From IMG/VR virus record IMGVR_UViG_3300045988_069456: a DNA stretch of 61,867 bases; one strand, given 5' to 3'. This DNA comes from a virus. This document shows, piece by piece, positions 1 through 10,800 of this stretch (position 1 is the stretch's first letter; every line of letters begins with the position of its first letter). The notes below the pieces were generated by a model. The model saw nothing but the letters and a program-made list of their open reading frames with translations, ran no database searches and was not told the DNA's origin. The position numbers were made by a program, and so were the translations under genes.

Positions 1-769
1 GCATGGGTGCCTGTATTGTTACGCAGCTAAGCAGGCGAACAGATTTTCTGGTAATGTGCTGATCAACAAAACGTCTGAGCAGCTAAGAAAAGAATGGGAC
101 GAAAGAGGAACCCGCTGGGTGTTGGAAAAGCCTTTTAAGAACGAAATCGGAAAAGTGACACCGTTCCCGGTAAAGTTTGAACCTATGTTCCGGGAGTATT
201 GTCTGCCTATGCCAGCGCAGAAAAAGAAACCGGCGATTATATTTGTGGTAAGCATGGGCGACCTGTTCGGGGAGTGGGTACCGGATGAATGGATCCGGAG
301 AGTTTTCGGGGCGGCGCAAGCCGCACCATGGCACACGTATTTGTTTCTGACAAAGAACCCACAGAGATACATACAGCTGGCAGAAGCAGGGAAGCTGCCG
401 CAGCAGAAAAATTTCTGGTATGGCACGACGGTAACAAGACCAGATCAGCAGTATGCCTGGTTCGAGCCTGGCACGTATAACTGGTTTTTAAGCATTGAAC
501 CGATACAGGAGGACTTTACTTTTGACGCATCGTGGGTTATACGGAGTGAAACAAAAGGAACCTATGCGCCACCCTGGATCATCGTCGGAGCTGAGACTGG
601 CCAGCAGAAAAATAAAACGATACCACAGGCAGAATGGGTGCAGCATATCCTTGAATTTTCCCAGGCACACGGTAGCAAGGTATTTTTGAAAAATAACCTG
701 GCCCCTTATTTTACCGGGGAACTGGTGCAGGATTTCCCATTTAGTTATCCCCCTAAGAATTTGGGATAG
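1..769 (+). CDS. DUF5131 / phage Gp37-Gp68 family protein, 3' part (5' part at 61707..61867; about 276 aa when joined)
   Basis: The frame is open from the window start (first full codon at base 2) and is in phase with the ORF starting at 61707. The N-terminal Cys motif [23 protein letters not shown] is typical of this family. Confidence 0.75.
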   Translation, partial: HGCLYCYAAKQANRFSGNVLINKTSEQLRKEWDERGTRWVLEKPFKNEIGKVTPFPVKFEPMFREYCLPMPAQKKKPAIIFVVSMGDLFGEWVPDEWIRRVFGAAQAAPWHTYLFLTKNPQRYIQLAEAGKLPQQKNFWYGTTVTRPDQQYAWFEPGTYNWFLSIEPIQEDFTFDASWVIRSETKGTYAPPWIIVGAETGQQKNKTIPQAEWVQHILEFSQAHGSKVFLKNNLAPYFTGELVQDFPFSYPPKNLG

Positions 770-834
770 TGTGGATAAGTCAATAAATATTATGGGCGAG
801 CGTGGAAACACGCCGCCCGGACAGGCAGGAGAGC

Positions 835-1104
835 ATGAGAATTATGGGAAAAATGGATTGCGCTATGGAAGCCATGTATATGACGGATTTCTTTGAGGCA
901 CTGGGATTTAAACGGGTGCGGGTTATGGTTGATAACAATCGCGGTACTGTTGAGGTTACGCTGCTAAAAGGCAGAATCTGGCCGCTGACATGGAGAGAAA
1001 AGGCGTATTTTAAGAAATTGAAATGCTGGGGCGTGTGCTATACCGTCCGGAGAATGGTACGCGGCATAAAAATATGGGACAACAGAAACTGGGACATAGA
1101 TTGA
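835..1104 (+). CDS. hypothetical protein
   Basis: ORF 802..1104. The start is uncertain (GTG 802, ATG 835 or ATG 844), with AGGAG at 827-831. Confidence 0.4.
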   Translation: MRIMGKMDCAMEAMYMTDFFEALGFKRVRVMVDNNRGTVEVTLLKGRIWPLTWREKAYFKKLKCWGVCYTVRRMVRGIKIWDNRNWDID

Positions 1105-1146
1105 TCCCGACATAAATGTCGGGAACATATCGGAGAGGAGGCCGAC

Positions 1147-1428
1147 ATGGAAATTATAGCAGCATTTGTGGCCGGCGCATTGCTGGGAGCCGGGAGCCTG
1201 ATCACATGGGCGTTGTGCGCAGCAAATACCATGTATGAGGAAAAACTGAAAAAGGTCAAGACAAATGAGGATATGTTGAAACTGGCGGACAGTGAGCAGC
1301 TGAGGAAAGCACTGAAACGGATGTGCTGGAAAACGACAATGTATTTAAGCCCTTTATTGAGGGAGGCGCAGGAAAAACGTATTGACGAATGGTTAGGAGA
1401 GGAGGCTGATCCAGAATGGAGAGAGTAA
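1147..1428 (+). CDS. hypothetical membrane protein
   Basis: GAGGAGG lies 5-6 nt upstream of the ATG. The N-terminus is hydrophobic (IIAAFVAGALLGAGSLITWALCAA). Confidence 0.5.
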   Translation: MEIIAAFVAGALLGAGSLITWALCAANTMYEEKLKKVKTNEDMLKLADSEQLRKALKRMCWKTTMYLSPLLREAQEKRIDEWLGEEADPEWRE

Positions 1429-2060
1429 TGGAGCAGAGCGTGGAAGAGAACGAAGAGGTAAAAGGAACCAGCAGAGAGCCCGGCACACTGGCAGGAGTGT
1501 ATGAGGTGCTGAGCCAGCGGGCTATTGATGAAGCTATCCGCATAGGTGTAGAAGCAGGCACGGCAGCGGCGGAGAGACGCCTGGAAGAGGGCAAAAAGGA
1601 GCAGACAAAGGGAAGATATAGCCGGAGACTGCACAACACACGCCTGTTGCTGGCAAATTACCGGAATCTGAAAGAGCATGTGAGCGGTGCAGTATTTAAT
1701 GGCCGCAAGGCAAAAGAGAGCGCCCTGGACATTCTGGACGGCCTGGACAGCTTCGAGTACGAGGACAATTATTATATTGGCAGCATTAAACAGAGCCAGC
1801 AGCGCACATTGATCATACTGACACACATTGACGAAATGCTGAATCTGTACCGGATATCATGCGAGCAGAGCGGCAAGGCAGAGGAAATGCGCCGGTACCG
1901 GATTTTGCACGCTGCATATATCGCGCCGGAAAAGAAGAGTGCAGAAGAAATTGCACGCGAAAATTGTGTAGAAAAGCGCACCTATTACAGTGACCTGGGA
2001 AAGGCTGTAAAGCCGCTGTCTGCACTAATTTTCGGCATTGATGGCATAAGACTTGCATAG
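1416..2060 (+). CDS. ArpU/RinA-like (sigma-like) late transcriptional regulator
   Basis: It sits just upstream of the packaging genes. The C-terminus is HTH-like (RRYRILHAAYIAPEKKSAEEIARENCVEKRTYYSDLGKAVKPLSALIFG), resembling sigma region 4 and the ArpU family. Confidence 0.5.
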   Translation: MERVMEQSVEENEEVKGTSREPGTLAGVYEVLSQRAIDEAIRIGVEAGTAAAERRLEEGKKEQTKGRYSRRLHNTRLLLANYRNLKEHVSGAVFNGRKAKESALDILDGLDSFEYEDNYYIGSIKQSQQRTLIILTHIDEMLNLYRISCEQSGKAEEMRRYRILHAAYIAPEKKSAEEIARENCVEKRTYYSDLGKAVKPLSALIFGIDGIRLA

Positions 2061-2138
2061 TGCCTGCACGGTGCAAAAAGTAGACATTTTCAATGCACTA
2101 CATAGATGTTAAAATGATAGAGTGGAGGAATTGGAGAA

Positions 2139-3785
2139 ATGGCAAGAAAGAAGAAAAAAGACGAGGCTGAGAACTATTTCAACAACGTGGCCAACTACCA
2201 GACCGAAGCGGAAGCAAGGGCCGTTACGCCGGAGGGTGTAAAGGTCTTTTGTGCTTTTGACGAGCTGGTACCTATTGGCAAAGTGGTTCCGAACCCTGGA
2301 AACCCAAACACCCATCCACCTAAGCAGGTCGCACTGCTGGCTGCCATTATCAAGGGGCAGGGATGGAGGAAACCTATTACAGTGAGCAAACGCAGCGGCT
2401 TTGTTGTGACCGGTCACGGACGCCTGGAAGCCGCACAGTCCATGCAGGCCAGTGTTGTGCCTGTCGAATACCAGGAATACGCCTCGGAGGCAGAGGAGTA
2501 CGCTGATCTGATGGCAGACAATCGCCTGGCGGAGCTGAGTGAAATGAACACCTCGGCACTGGCAGACATGCTGCAGCAGATGGACACCGGAGAGATACCG
2601 CTGGAAATGAGCGGCTACACAGAGGAGGACCTGGAAGATCTACTCAACGCCCTGGGAGGTGTGGACGATACGGAGAACAACGGAGAGGACACCGTACCGC
2701 CACCGAAAAACATTCCCATGACCCATGCCGGAGATATTTGGCACCTGGGGCAGCACCGCCTGATTTGTGGGGACAGCACCAAGCCAGAAACCCTGCAGAA
2801 GCTGCTGGGGGATGAACTGGCGCAGTGCGTGAACACTGATCCACCGTATGGCATAAGCCTGGATGGTGGCGGAGGAAACGGGAAGAGACAGAAACAGCAG
2901 ATCGAAAACAACGGCATGATCGCCAACGACGAGCTGACCGACGACGACCTCCTCGGCAAACTACTGATTCCGGCATTTAAGAACGCCGTGAAGTACAGCA
3001 AGCCAGATGCTGCATTTTACATTTACCATGCGACCGATACCCGCAGGGACTTTGAGGACGCTATGACAGCCGCAGGCCTGCTGGAAAAGCAATACTTGAT
3101 ATGGTTGAAGAACAACCACAACCTGAGCGGTACCGATTACCTGAGAGACTTCGAGCCTATGTTTTATGCAGAGAAAGCAGGACATACGGCCAAGTGGTGC
3201 GGAGATCGTAGCAACAACACCTGCTGGAAGATAACCCTCCGGGATGATGCAGGCATGGCAACCACCCTGAGCGGTGGCATTGTTGTGACTGACGGAGCAG
3301 GAGGCAAGGCTTTTATTTCTGACAAGGTACCAAAAGGAAAGAAAATCCGGTACCTGAGACTGCAGGAAGATAAAAGCGTTTTCTTATACCCGGAAGATAA
3401 GCAGGGAGCCGTTTGGGAAGTGGCAAGAGATACGGCGACGTTCCACCCGACACAGAAGCCCGTGGAACTGGCCACAAGGGCGATACTGAACAGCTCGGAT
3501 CCGGGAGACATTATCCTGGACCTGTTTGGCGGTTCTGGCTTCACGCTGATCGGCGCGGAAATGACCGAGAGACAGGCCAGGCTGGTAGAGTTAAGCCCAA
3601 CCTATTGTGATGGAATTATTCGGCGGTATGTAAGCTATACCGGCAATGCTGGTGTGACATGCACCAGGGACGGCAAAGAATACGCATACGTGCAGCTGAA
3701 TGAGGAAAATATAAAGGCAAATATGCCGGATCCGGAAGAAACGCCGGAAGCTGCTGAGGACATCAATGTCCCTGGCAAAGAGTAA
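2139..3785 (+). CDS. ParB-like nuclease domain fused to a beta-class DNA methyltransferase
   Basis: The N-terminus has ParB-type motifs (PNPGNPNTHPPKQV, VVTGHGRLEAA). DPPYG (motif IV) precedes FHPTQKP and LDLFGGSGFT (motif I). Confidence 0.85.
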   Translation: MARKKKKDEAENYFNNVANYQTEAEARAVTPEGVKVFCAFDELVPIGKVVPNPGNPNTHPPKQVALLAAIIKGQGWRKPITVSKRSGFVVTGHGRLEAAQSMQASVVPVEYQEYASEAEEYADLMADNRLAELSEMNTSALADMLQQMDTGEIPLEMSGYTEEDLEDLLNALGGVDDTENNGEDTVPPPKNIPMTHAGDIWHLGQHRLICGDSTKPETLQKLLGDELAQCVNTDPPYGISLDGGGGNGKRQKQQIENNGMIANDELTDDDLLGKLLIPAFKNAVKYSKPDAAFYIYHATDTRRDFEDAMTAAGLLEKQYLIWLKNNHNLSGTDYLRDFEPMFYAEKAGHTAKWCGDRSNNTCWKITLRDDAGMATTLSGGIVVTDGAGGKAFISDKVPKGKKIRYLRLQEDKSVFLYPEDKQGAVWEVARDTATFHPTQKPVELATRAILNSSDPGDIILDLFGGSGFTLIGAEMTERQARLVELSPTYCDGIIRRYVSYTGNAGVTCTRDGKEYAYVQLNEENIKANMPDPEETPEAAEDINVPGKE

Positions 3786-3848
3786 CACCTGAGAGGGCGG
3801 CCGCTATGGCCGTTCTTTTTATGTTTCGGAGAAAGGAGGGAGCAGCAC

Positions 3849-4427
3849 ATGGCAGCAAAGAGAGATGCGCCTGAACTATGGGAGCAGCAGGAGGGCGAGA
3901 AATCGCAGCATTACCAAAAGTTTTGCCAGTACAGAGACATGCCATACGGAACCCAGGGACGGGAACCGGAGAAAAGAAGCATCCGACGCCTGGCAGATGC
4001 TATGGGAATGAAAAGCAAAAGCAGCATTGAAAAGCTGAGTACGCAGTGGAACTGGGTAGAACGCGCAGCGGCCTATGATGTTTACATGACCGAGCTGGAA
4101 CGCTTCAGGCATGAGCAGGAAATCAAGAAAATGCACGATTTACACGCAAAACTGGGCGTGCAGCTTTTGAATAAAGCCACCCGTGGCCTGATAGCCCTCC
4201 CGGATAATGAATTGTCTGCACAGGACATTGCCCGACTGGCAGACGTCGGCGTGAAGATAGAAAGAATGAGCCGCGGCGACAGTGCGGAGAGCATAGCCGT
4301 GAGCGCAAAGGCAACCGTTGAGCATAGCGGCGGCCTGGAACTGAGCGGCAGCATTCCGGACATGTCCGACCTATCAGACGAGGAGCTGGAAAACCTTGAG
4401 CAAATACTGGGAAAGCTACATAAATAG
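3849..4427 (+). CDS. terminase small subunit (putative)
   Basis: It lies immediately upstream of, and overlaps, the large terminase. It has an HTH-like segment SIRRLADAMGMKSKSSIEKLSTQWNWVERAAAYD. Confidence 0.55.
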   Translation: MAAKRDAPELWEQQEGEKSQHYQKFCQYRDMPYGTQGREPEKRSIRRLADAMGMKSKSSIEKLSTQWNWVERAAAYDVYMTELERFRHEQEIKKMHDLHAKLGVQLLNKATRGLIALPDNELSAQDIARLADVGVKIERMSRGDSAESIAVSAKATVEHSGGLELSGSIPDMSDLSDEELENLEQILGKLHK

Positions 4428-5895
4428 CAGCCAGTTTGACCCAGGAACCCTGTTAAAAGGGATTCGCAGGGAACGGGCAGAGCGGTCCCTATCGGAGTTT
4501 ATACAGCAGTCCTGGCCTATTATTGAACCGGGTACCACGTATATACCGAACTGGCACATTGATCTGATATGTGAATACCTACATGCAGTTAAGGACGGGG
4601 AAATAAAGCGGCTTGTGATAAACATCCCGCCCCGACACATGAAAAGCATAAATGTAACGGTGTGCTTCCCGTGCTGGACCTGGACCCAGGCACCTGAGAA
4701 AAGATTTATTAAGGTTTCGTACAGCGATTCCCTGAGCCGTAAGCATAACGTACTAAGCCGTGATATTATACAGTCCCCCTGGTACACTGAGAACTGGGGC
4801 GACATTGTAAAGCTGAAAGACGACGTAAACCGGCAGAACGAATTTAAGAACACCCATCAAGGTATGATGTTTTCGACTTCCGTCGGCGGTGCACTGACTG
4901 GTGAGGGTGGCGACATAATCATAGTTGACGACCCACAGAACCCGCTCATGGCCAACAGTGAGACGGAGCGGCAAAACACCATAGATTTTTTCAAGAACAC
5001 ACTGCAGACACGACTGAACGACCCCAAGAACGGCGCGATCATTATCGTTATGCAGCGATTGCATGAAATGGACCTGACCGGTTATGTGCTGGCAGAAAAC
5101 CTGGGCTATGAACATTTATGTTTACCAGCTGAGGCGGAGAAAAAAACAATAATAACATTTCCTAAAAGCGGCAAAGAACTTGTTAGGGAAGAGGGGGACA
5201 TCCTGAACCCTCAACGATACGACAAGGAATCCCTGGCCGGACTGAAAAAGAGCATGGGCTCTTTACAGTATTCCGGACAGATGCAGCAGCGGCCAGCACC
5301 GGCAGACGGTAATATTTTCAAAAAGGCAGGGCTACAGCATTATTACAATCAAGCCCCGCACTGCAATATGATCATACAGAGCTGGGACATGGCATTTAAA
5401 GACAGCGACGGCAGCGCTAAGGTTGCTGGTTACGTGATGGGTCGGAGCGGACCCAACGTTTATGTATTTGACCTGGTAAACGAGAAAATGAGTTTTACCC
5501 AGTCTGTGAAAGCGGTTCGGGATATGACAGCCAAGTGGCCAAAAGCCAGGGCAAAGGTTGTTGAGGACAAGGCAAACGGCCCGGCGGTTATGGATGTGCT
5601 GGGAAAAGAAGTCTCTGGCCTGGTACCGTTCAACCCACGCGGCAGTAAGGAAGAGAGAGCTATTTCAGTGACACCATATTTTGAGGCTGGGAACGTATTT
5701 TTTCCGGATCCAAACACGGCGTCATGGGTTGCTGATTTACAGAAAGATTTACTGATGTTCCCAAAGGGCGTGTATAAAGATACCGTTGACGCCCTGGTGC
5801 AGGGAATTTTGTATTTGATGGATAAGCCATCACAGACAGGACCGCCGGCTGAGACAGTAGCGGGCGGCATGAGCAGTTATTGGAGAGGAAAGTGA
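4396..5895 (+). CDS. terL: terminase large subunit
   Basis: 499 aa with a TTG start after GAGGAG. It has an ATPase-like core (LVINIPPRHMKS, IIIVDDPQNP) and a C-terminal nuclease-like region. It sits in the canonical position before the portal. Confidence 0.85.
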   Translation: MSKYWESYINSSQFDPGTLLKGIRRERAERSLSEFIQQSWPIIEPGTTYIPNWHIDLICEYLHAVKDGEIKRLVINIPPRHMKSINVTVCFPCWTWTQAPEKRFIKVSYSDSLSRKHNVLSRDIIQSPWYTENWGDIVKLKDDVNRQNEFKNTHQGMMFSTSVGGALTGEGGDIIIVDDPQNPLMANSETERQNTIDFFKNTLQTRLNDPKNGAIIIVMQRLHEMDLTGYVLAENLGYEHLCLPAEAEKKTIITFPKSGKELVREEGDILNPQRYDKESLAGLKKSMGSLQYSGQMQQRPAPADGNIFKKAGLQHYYNQAPHCNMIIQSWDMAFKDSDGSAKVAGYVMGRSGPNVYVFDLVNEKMSFTQSVKAVRDMTAKWPKARAKVVEDKANGPAVMDVLGKEVSGLVPFNPRGSKEERAISVTPYFEAGNVFFPDPNTASWVADLQKDLLMFPKGVYKDTVDALVQGILYLMDKPSQTGPPAETVAGGMSSYWRGK

Positions 5896-5906
5896 GGTGC
5901 AAGGCT

Positions 5907-6230
5907 ATGGGAATGGGAAACAGAAACGCTGCAAACGGAAGCATGATCGCTGGCATGGGCTGTTTTGGTTGTATGCTTTATAATGCAACCGGAGCGGCCA
6001 CTAAGTACGAACCGGAGGCAGAGAACCGCCACATTGTTGCGGTGCAGGCGCTGACAGATACAACAATCAGAACAGTGGGAGCTGCCTGGGACGCACCAGC
6101 AGCAGTTGACGGACTGGTTCTGACAGCAGGCAACTGTTTGTACCTGAAAGCGGCCAGCGTGACGATTTTGAGCGGTACAGGCATTATGTACTATGGATAT
6201 GGCCAGGTAGCAGAGGCAGGTGGGGAATAA
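5907..6230 (+). CDS. hypothetical protein
   Basis: ORF 5880..6230. ATG 5907 is preceded by GAGGTG at a 7-nt spacing. Confidence 0.35.
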   Translation: MGMGNRNAANGSMIAGMGCFGCMLYNATGAATKYEPEAENRHIVAVQALTDTTIRTVGAAWDAPAAVDGLVLTAGNCLYLKAASVTILSGTGIMYYGYGQVAEAGGE

Positions 6231-6388
6231 TGAGCCTGTCGCTGATGAACCGGATCAACCGGAACAATAAGACCGGCAAGGGAGACGGCAAGAACATGGA
6301 CAGAAACGCCTCCGTGCAGGTTAAGGTACAACAGACAGCACAGAAGCTGCTGTATAAGATTTGTGGACGGAAAGGAGGGCTGTCATAG
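6230..6388 (+). CDS. hypothetical small protein (52 aa)
   Basis: The start overlaps the upstream stop (TAATG). The ORF ends at the portal GTG. It is below the ORF-track size cutoff. Confidence 0.3.
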   Translation: MSLSLMNRINRNNKTGKGDGKNMDRNASVQVKVQQTAQKLLYKICGRKGGLS

Positions 6389-7827
6389 TGGCAACCACAG
6401 CAGGAGAAATCGGCCGCATAGGGCAAAAGCGCTATGGCGGCTTTTTTTACGAGGAATTTTTGAAAGAGCTCCAGGGCCGTAAAGGCGTGGAGACATACAG
6501 AGAAATGGCAGACAATGACGACGTGATCGGCGCCATACTGTTTGCCATTGAAATGCTGATCCGGCAGACAAGCTGGACCATACAGCCAGGAGGACCAGAG
6601 AGCGCAGACGAAGAGGCAGCAGAGTTTATTGAGAGCTGCATGGACGACATGCAGGACACCTGGACAGATACCATTTCGGAAATCTTGTCCTTTTTAACAT
6701 ACGGGTGGAGCTACCACGAAATCGTGTACAAGCGGCGTTGCGGTAAAAACCGGGACAGCCGCCTAAACAGCAAGTATGACGACGGGCTGATCGGATGGGC
6801 TAAGTTGCCTATTAGAGCACAAGAAACCCTTTATCAGTGGGAGTATGACGACAACGACAACCTGACCGGCATGACACAGATGCCGCCGCCAAACTTCGGC
6901 CTGTACACGATACCGATAGAAAAAGCCCTGTTGTTCCGGACAAAGAGCCGGAAGAACAACCCGGAGGGGCGCAGCGTACTGAGGAACGCATACCGGTCCT
7001 GGTACTTCAAGCGCCGCATACAGGAGATTGAGGGAATCGGTATAGAGAGAGATCTGGCAGGCTTCCCGGTGTTGACGGCACCAGAGGGCATGAACATATG
7101 GGACACGGATGATCCTGACATGGTAGCCATCCGTGCAGGTATGGAGGCCATTGTTAAAAATGTGCGTCGAGACAGTACCGAGGGGCTGGCGCTTCCGAAC
7201 GGCTGGCAGTTCCAGCTGTTGAGCACAGGAGGCCGCCGCCAGTTTGATACCAACGCGATCATTGAGAGATATGACACCCGCATGGCAATGACCGTGCTGG
7301 CTGATTTTATTTTCCTGGGACACCAGAGCGTCGGCAGCTTTGCACTGAGTAGCGACAAGACAGAGCTGTTTTCTATGGCAATAGGCGCGTACCTTGATAT
7401 TATTTGTGAGGTTTTTAATAACCAGGCAATCCCACGTCTGATCAACCTGAATGGCGACCACTTCAACAGTATTACAGATTACCCGCGAATGGAGCACGGA
7501 GACATTGAGGACGAGGACATTGAGAAGCTGGCCAACTACATAAAGGAAATGACCGGCGTCGGCATATTAACACCAGACAGCCAGTTAGAGGACTATGTAA
7601 GAGAAGCGGCACACCTGCCTGAGCGCCTGGAAGATGATACACCGGCGGTACCGACACCGGGAGGAGAAAAGCCAGTAAATACGCGGCAGAGGCAGCAGGC
7701 AAAGCCACAACAGCAGCGTAGCAGCACGGTTGCCCCCGGAGGAGGAGAGGAAGATCCTGACGGAGTGACCGAGGAAGATATGCAGGCCGTTGAGGAGGCA
7801 AGGAAGAGACTGGGGAGGGACCCATAA
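6388..7827 (+). CDS. portal protein (Mu gp29/DUF935-like)
   Basis: The GTG start is 8 nt after AAAGGAGGG. About 479 aa, located between terL and the MuF-domain protein. The C-terminal tail is acidic and Gln-rich. Confidence 0.75.
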   Translation: MATTAGEIGRIGQKRYGGFFYEEFLKELQGRKGVETYREMADNDDVIGAILFAIEMLIRQTSWTIQPGGPESADEEAAEFIESCMDDMQDTWTDTISEILSFLTYGWSYHEIVYKRRCGKNRDSRLNSKYDDGLIGWAKLPIRAQETLYQWEYDDNDNLTGMTQMPPPNFGLYTIPIEKALLFRTKSRKNNPEGRSVLRNAYRSWYFKRRIQEIEGIGIERDLAGFPVLTAPEGMNIWDTDDPDMVAIRAGMEAIVKNVRRDSTEGLALPNGWQFQLLSTGGRRQFDTNAIIERYDTRMAMTVLADFIFLGHQSVGSFALSSDKTELFSMAIGAYLDIICEVFNNQAIPRLINLNGDHFNSITDYPRMEHGDIEDEDIEKLANYIKEMTGVGILTPDSQLEDYVREAAHLPERLEDDTPAVPTPGGEKPVNTRQRQQAKPQQQRSSTVAPGGGEEDPDGVTEEDMQAVEEARKRLGRDP

Positions 7828-10800
7828 TGCAATTTAAGAAGATACGGATCCGCAAAGCGACTGGCAAGAAGAAAAGTCAGGGCGGACAAAATGCGCTGAA
7901 CAAGCTGAACAGCTTCCTGAACGCGGCGTCCGCTGAACCGGCATATATTTTGCATAGCACATGGACCAACCAGCAAAATGCGATTACCTACAAGGAAATC
8001 CGCGAGGCTATAATGAACGGCCACATGAGCGAAAGCACTTTCCGACAGTGGCAGCAGGATTATAGCAAGATGGTAAGCGACAAGCTGTCCCCTGTATGGG
8101 TTAAAGCTATGGAAACGGCAAGCCTGGGCGTACAGGAACAGCATGACAGTTTTTTCTTTGATCACACATGGCCAGGGGTAACGAAGTGGGTTCAAGAGCA
8201 CGGCGCGGAGTTTGTGACGAACATAAGCGCTGAGCAAAAGAACGCAGTGAGCGCCCTGATCGCCAGAGCATACAGCAAGGGAGAGAGTGCGGAGGAGTTA
8301 TCCAGGGCAATACGCCCGTGCATAGGCCTGACACAGCGCCAGGCTATTGCAAACGCGAACTATTACGATCATGTGAAAGATTCCTTGCTAAAGAATAATC
8401 CAGGCATGAAAGAGGCCACAGCGGCCAAGAAAGCCCAGGAAGCAGCGGCCAAGTATGCAGCGCAACAGCACCGGTACCGTGCTAACATGATAGCGGAGAC
8501 AGAAATGGCGTTTGCATATCAGCACGGCGAGTATGAAGCAGTAAAGATGGCCCAGGCACAGGGCCTTATGGGCGTTGTGGAAAAGGTATGGTCAACAGCT
8601 TATGACGACGGCGTTTGCGATATCTGCAACGGGCTAGAGGGGCAGACGATAGGCATAGACGACAATTTTAATTTTAAGCTGAATAAATTACTTTTTGGAG
8701 GGCAAAGGCTGACACCACCGGCACATCCGCAGTGCAGGTGTGCGGTTGAGTATAGGGAGATTTCCCCGCCGGTAATACAGCCGGCACAGAGCCAGACACC
8801 GGGGCCAAGTATACCGGATCCGGCAACACCGTCCGTCCCTGGCAGCTTGCAAATGCCGCAGGGAATGAAAGACAAAGGTCTGGCGCACCTGGGAGGTACC
8901 GGAGAAATGCACTTGTGCGAGGACGGCAGCGGCACGGAATGGCTTTTCAAACCGGCGCAGTCCAAAAGCGGCACACCGGAAGAGTTCCGGGCCTATGTGC
9001 AGGAAGCTGGTTACAAGGTGCAGGGTATTGTGGATCCGGACACGGCCGTCAAGGTCGGCACCGGAAACATAGGCGGCCAGTTTGGCGCATACCAGCAGAA
9101 AATTGACGTGGACCCGAACGGGTTCGACTTCAAAGCCTGGCAGCAGTACGGCACCAAAGGCCTGACGGCTGACCAGGTGCAACAGATACAGCGGGAACAT
9201 GTTACAGACTGGCTGCTGGGGAACTATGACAGCCACGGCGGCAATTTTGTAACAGATACCAGCGGACGGCTGATCGGCGTAGACAAAGAACAGTCTTTCC
9301 GGTACATTACCGACAAGGCCAGCCAGAAAATGACATACGCATACCACCCCAACAGCAAGTATGGCGAAACAGAACCGCTGTACAACACTGTTTTTCGGAA
9401 GTATGCCAACAATGAGCTGGACCTAAACCCGCAGGACACCCTGGCATATATAAAACGGGTTGAGGCAATACCTGACAAGGAATACAGAGAGATATTCCGT
9501 GGCTATGCCGAAAGCCTGAAAGGCAAGGGAAAAGACGCGGAGCAGCTGCTGGACGCCATTGTGGAGCGCAAGCAGAACCTCCGGGAAACGTACCGGACAT
9601 TTTACACGGACCTGTTGACCCAGCGAACCGGTAAAAAACAGGCAGCTTTTGTGTGGGCGGACGAAGCACAGAACACGGCCAAGACCATCCAGGCGGCAAC
9701 GCATGACGTGGCAGCCCTGAAAAAGATGGGAAAAGCAGATCTGCTGCAGATGGCCAAGGCACAAAACATTGCCTATTGCAATAACATGAACAAACAGCAG
9801 CTCATTGATAGCTTGTCCGACCCGGTAAAGGCCAAACAGTGCAGCAAGGATGTACGGGACAGACTGGCGGCCAACCAGGCGGCCAGAAATGCCAAGACGA
9901 CACCGAAAGCACCGGCAGCAACCAATACAGGGCACTTGCCTCCAGGAACCAAAACGGCCGAGGATGTATTTACAGATTTTGACAAGATACACCCAGGGCC
10001 AAAGCAGGGGCAGGCAGTATGGAGCGACGCGGACAAGGTTGAGGGCATGAACCTGAGTGCCCGCCGTATGATCATAGACGGAGACGTGCACTATGAGATT
10101 ACTGGCAAGCTGAGGTCAAGCGCCTGGGATGATGTACTGCAGAGGATGGACGGAGCAAACCCAACCGTGCCGGCACAGCGTATCAATATGAGTTTTGAAA
10201 CCACAGCTCCGACAGCAAGGGCATGGACAAGCAACACATTAGTTGAAACCCAGGCAAACATACACGGGGTTGTTACCTACCTGGATTCTTATGACCAAAA
10301 GTATGCATCTTTTGAGCTGTACAGTGGGAAGCAACAAGGCCTGCATTCCTGGGACGGTTATTTTAGAATCCGTGTCCGGAGCAGCGGGGATGGCGTAGCA
10401 GATGCCAAGAAAGCTGCAGAGCTGCTGAAAAAGGTAGGACTGGACGAAGTGACCAGGACGCCGACAGCAGCCGCAGAGGAAACCCTGAAAAAGGCAAGGC
10501 TTGTGTGGTCACAAGCACCTAACCGCGTGGACGAACTAAGGAATCTGGCAGGCAGCAGCCTGGTAAAGAAACTGGATGAAATAATCATCCAGGAAAATAT
10601 AAACGTTGTGCAGCTAGCTAGCATGAAGCTGCAGAGCGAATACAACGGCTATATAACCTATGTTGTGCCTGGGCTTGCAAAGGATCTGGAAAAGGCTGGC
10701 GCAAAATATGTATACCACAGTGTTTCCAGAGAGGGCGACGTTATAAAGATTTTGCAAAGCGGCGGAATTTCTTCGACCATGAGCAGAATCAAGCAGGGCA

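Noticed and set aside
1105-1124. Hairpin tcccgac-ataaat-gtcggga as a terminator
   Set aside because: The stem is only 7 bp and no T-run follows. The next gene's SD lies about 15 nt downstream.
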